DNA of 64,000 nucleotides from an uncultured Rickettsiales bacterium (GTDB lineage Bacteria; Pseudomonadota; Alphaproteobacteria; Rickettsiales; CANDYO01): NCBI GenBank assembly GCA_964550685.1, contig CAZJZY010000009.1, positions 1,181 to 65,180 of the forward strand, read 5' to 3'. Shown piece by piece: positions 61,096 to 64,000 of this stretch (position 1 is its first letter; each line of letters starts with the position of its first letter). The notes under the pieces were generated by a model. It saw only the letters and a program-made list of their open reading frames with translations, ran no database searches and was not told where the DNA came from. The position numbers and the translations under genes were made by a program.

Positions 61096-63831
61096 TTCAT
61101 TTTCAGTGTTATTTACGCCTAAAAACTCAATATCATTGATACCAATGTCATAAACACTATAAAATACCTTTGTTGTTATATCAGTAATTACAACGCTATT
61201 GATAAATGTTAAAATTTTTGTTAAAGCATTACCGGGGGTCATGTATGTTGAAACAGCGCCTAGGAAAAGATCTGTAGCTATACGTAAACTATTTTGGCTA
61301 TTAGTTTCTTCACTAAATAGATTATGTTTGGATAAACACTGTGCTGCTCCCGAAATTAATCCGCTCGCAATAAAATATGGGGACATTAATGAAATCCCAG
61401 CTGCTAGACCATTTCCAAACTCTGGAATACAGATTTTAAATAAACTTATTAAATCAGTGGGTTGTTGGTAAGTTGGTCTTTCATGAAGTATTTCTATGGT
61501 TATAAGGCTAGCATAATAAGAACCAGATTCTAGCATCTGTCCTAAAATCAAAGGATGATCTGGAGTATCAACATTTATTTTGATTGCTCCTAAGGTTAAA
61601 TCTAATAACCCTTTAACTTCTGATGAAAAATTAATATTTGGTATACTAATACCAAATATTTTAAAGAAGTAAACGATAGTAGAAAAAAACCTTAATCCCT
61701 GTTGTGCTGAAAAAGCTAAAACAGAATAATCGATATTATTTGCATTTCTAATATCGTCTTCAATAGTAACTAAGCTACTATGAGAATCTATAGATTCTTG
61801 ACCTATTAACAGCAAATTACTACTAAATTTTTCCAGTGCTATTAGATTGCCAGGAGCATCTGCGGCCATAATACAAAGGGGAGCGAACAGCACATGCTCA
61901 GTTATAGTTATAACATTTTGTGCTGGACTACCATCAGTATCTGAATCTCTTAATTTGTATTGTCCTTTATATATAGTCCAATCATCATTTATGGTTCTAT
62001 GAGGAGGTTTTAATATCCATGTTTGATCTGTAGGTGTACTAATAATATTGTATACCTTTGTCAAATCTATAACAATTTTGTTTAATTCTTTAATATATTT
62101 CCGGTTAGTAATAGTTTCTATATCACAATTTTCTAAAGATGAACCATCTTGAACTGGCTCTAATAAATCTATCAAATCTGCTTTTTTTATTCCTGATATT
62201 TGAGTACGGATTTTTGAACATTGAAATATTTTATCAGATAAACTCATTAAAAATTCCCAATGGTTCTTAGGAAAACTAATAGGTTTTAAAAATTCAGTAA
62301 TATAACCATTATGAGGATCAAATCCTGGTTTTAGACCTTCTGGACGATTTGTGGGTCCAACAAAAAGGTTCCATGGAGCCCATACTACTGCAATCGCAGT
62401 AAGTCTACCATCTTCATAATTATATTCTTGAGGAAGAAGTTTTACTAACCAATCATATAAAATTTTACTTTCTTGGGCCAACATCCATAAAAATTCCATA
62501 TCTCCCTTTCCTATGATATGGTGATATGACAATTCAGGTAATCTTCTATCACGTCCTTCATTTACACCAGGATATCCATGGGGCTGCATACTAAGAATTT
62601 TCTCAAATTTAATATTATGCATTAATTTATCTGGATCAACTGATAATGTATCGCTAATCATTTCATCTATCAGTAGTGAATATCCATATATACTTACGGA
62701 GCTTTCAAGATTATCATGACTTATAATTCTATGATAACCGCTTCTATCATATAGACTCTGTAGAATAGTACTTGAACTATAAATATCCTTCAGCCAATTA
62801 GCAGTTGTTTTATCAATTAGTATATCTTTTACTTTTCCGGCAGCAGTTCTATCTTTTCCTATTGAATGTAGAGCAATAATTTTACCATCTCCATCAACAT
62901 AAACTCCACCTGAAGATCCTTTTTTAGTATCATGATAGCCATAAGCTTCAAACATATGATAACTGGATTGATCTATTCTGTGTGAAGACACCTTCTTAGG
63001 GCCACCTAAAGGATGATGAAAAAAGAACATTTGTTCTTGTGCGGTATTAGAAAGTTCTAATCTAATAGGTTTAAAGCCTTCTATAAAGGTATCTAACTGA
63101 ATAATCGCATAATCAAGCTCTACACTTTCTTCTACTTTTTCAGAAATAATCACGATATCTCCGAAATGCATTATTTCATTTTGAGCCTTCTGATAATTAG
63201 TCTTCACAACAATTTCGCTAAAATTTTCTCCCGGAACACAATGTCTAGCTGTTAATACAAGTGAGGGATGAATTAATACACCTGTACCAAAGGCTTCGCC
63301 TCTTCCATAAGAGATAGCCACTATGTTTGTTTCTATTGACTTAATTATATCTAGTTCTGTTTGGCTAAGTTGATAATCTTTTAATTTATCAATGATATGA
63401 GTTTCAGAAAAACTAATACTATTTATAACATCTCCAAAAGGAGCGTGCTTTATTTTGCTACTAAACATCTCTGGATCACTTGCGGTAAATGAACAAAATT
63501 CTTCCTCAAAATCATGTTTATCATAAAAACTTAAATAACCACTTAGATCTATCTCATCTTCTTCAGATTTTATAACAACTGAAGAAGATTTTTTATTGTA
63601 TTCTTTCATGAAATCTTTCTTAAGATGATTCCAAGACAAATTTACTACATCATTTCGGTTTCTTTCTACAAAAGCGACTATATATTCATATGGAATAGTA
63701 GGATTATCAATTTCATCATGTGTAGCTTTTGCTTGCCTTAAAATTGTATCATCAATACCATATCTATAAGCATATTCAACTAATTCAAATACTCTATTAA
63801 GTGGGTCTTTTTCATGTATTTGATGAAACAT
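61093..63831 (-). CDS. 912-aa protein: trypsin-like (S1) serine protease domain plus a long C-terminal region with several hydrophobic segments
   Basis: GTGVLIHPSLVLTARHC (His), VELDYAIIQL (Asp) and TKKGSSGGVYVDGDGKIIALHS (Ser) in canonical order at aa ~170-330. aa ~640-900 contain about 5 hydrophobic stretches. Confidence 0.8.
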   Translation of the reverse strand: MFHQIHEKDPLNRVFELVEYAYRYGIDDTILRQAKATHDEIDNPTIPYEYIVAFVERNRNDVVNLSWNHLKKDFMKEYNKKSSSVVIKSEEDEIDLSGYLSFYDKHDFEEEFCSFTASDPEMFSSKIKHAPFGDVINSISFSETHIIDKLKDYQLSQTELDIIKSIETNIVAISYGRGEAFGTGVLIHPSLVLTARHCVPGENFSEIVVKTNYQKAQNEIMHFGDIVIISEKVEESVELDYAIIQLDTFIEGFKPIRLELSNTAQEQMFFFHHPLGGPKKVSSHRIDQSSYHMFEAYGYHDTKKGSSGGVYVDGDGKIIALHSIGKDRTAAGKVKDILIDKTTANWLKDIYSSSTILQSLYDRSGYHRIISHDNLESSVSIYGYSLLIDEMISDTLSVDPDKLMHNIKFEKILSMQPHGYPGVNEGRDRRLPELSYHHIIGKGDMEFLWMLAQESKILYDWLVKLLPQEYNYEDGRLTAIAVVWAPWNLFVGPTNRPEGLKPGFDPHNGYITEFLKPISFPKNHWEFLMSLSDKIFQCSKIRTQISGIKKADLIDLLEPVQDGSSLENCDIETITNRKYIKELNKIVIDLTKVYNIISTPTDQTWILKPPHRTINDDWTIYKGQYKLRDSDTDGSPAQNVITITEHVLFAPLCIMAADAPGNLIALEKFSSNLLLIGQESIDSHSSLVTIEDDIRNANNIDYSVLAFSAQQGLRFFSTIVYFFKIFGISIPNINFSSEVKGLLDLTLGAIKINVDTPDHPLILGQMLESGSYYASLITIEILHERPTYQQPTDLISLFKICIPEFGNGLAAGISLMSPYFIASGLISGAAQCLSKHNLFSEETNSQNSLRIATDLFLGAVSTYMTPGNALTKILTFINSVVITDITTKVFYSVYDIGINDIEFLGVNNTENE

Positions 63832-64000
63832 ATTCCTCTTTGCCTTATATTATAATTTGTTCAATAGCAGACCTTACTTCTATTAAGCTAAAAATGCTTC
63901 TGCTGATTAGAATGTTAATTAATCAGCTAATTGCAAAGCGATTAAACTGATTAATTTCATCTATAGTGAGATTTACTTTACTGCTATAAATATTTTGATA

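Noticed and set aside
61199-61471. 90-aa plus-strand ORF
   Set aside because: It is antisense within the C-terminal region of the 912-aa protease-fusion gene.
1-64000. CRISPR arrays, tRNA, rRNA or tmRNA genes, or an intact IS/transposon
   Set aside because: Reading both strands I found no regularly spaced direct repeats with unique spacers, no cloverleaf-like GC-rich ~75-nt islands and no rRNA-like conserved stretches. The only transposase trace is the truncated IS200-type fragment.

Overview
AT-rich window (about one-third G+C by eye) with the layout of a conjugative plasmid, or an excised integrative conjugative element. The gene mix suggests an intracellular, Rickettsiales-like alphaproteobacterium: an F-type T4SS, a Ti-type TraA/TraC/TraD relaxosome, a Rep with a DnaA-N-like domain, ParA, and ankyrin and degenerate kinase-like cargo. 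That host assignment is inference only. Modules from left to right: (1) 1-5.2 kb holds traA_Ti relaxase/helicase (truncated by the window edge and absent from the ORF track), an RSF1010/Ti-class oriT, traC/traD-like accessory genes and a WGR-only ORF. (2) 5.4-9.3 kb holds a secreted protein, a frameshifted DUF6088/AbiEi-like gene, a RelB/DinJ-YafQ pair and umuDC. (3) 9.3-20 kb is effector-like cargo: a 1328-aa ankyrin protein with a catalytically dead metzincin-like core, two A/E-rich proteins in a G+C-richer patch, a sensor-kinase-like membrane protein, and a zeta-toxin-like P-loop protein with an NLS-like tail. (4) 20.3-22.5 kb holds a serine recombinase and an AbiEii/AbiEi pair. (5) 22.5-27.3 kb is the maintenance module: a DnaA-box cluster, an IS200-type tnpA remnant, parA and a small parB/parG-like gene, ATATC-core repeats, and Rep. 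(6) 27.4-29.2 kb holds a second degenerate kinase-like gene and an XRE regulator divergent from tra. (7) 29.2-48.3 kb is a near-complete, translationally coupled F-type tra block (traA-L-E-K-B-V-C-trbI-traW-U-trbC-traN-F-H-G ... SLT-traD) in which only traN is broken into three ORFs. (8) 48.3-51.3 kb holds a membrane-anchored small protein, a class-3 lipase and a YhcG/DUF1016 nuclease. (9) 51.5-63.8 kb is the most unusual locus. All five genes are on the minus strand: an S1-protease fusion, a processive GT2 synthase, two paralogous proteins with the TIM-barrel domain of GTA baseplate proteins, and an overlapping RDD membrane ORF. One paralog is a 1728-aa chimera with a CdiA/FhaB-like filament and a unique C-terminal domain. 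I rate this polymorphic-toxin-like locus, which shows no Sec signal, TPS domain or TpsB partner, as the best candidate for an undescribed system. All family assignments come from motif recognition by eye; no searches were run. No rRNA, tRNA or CRISPR array was seen.
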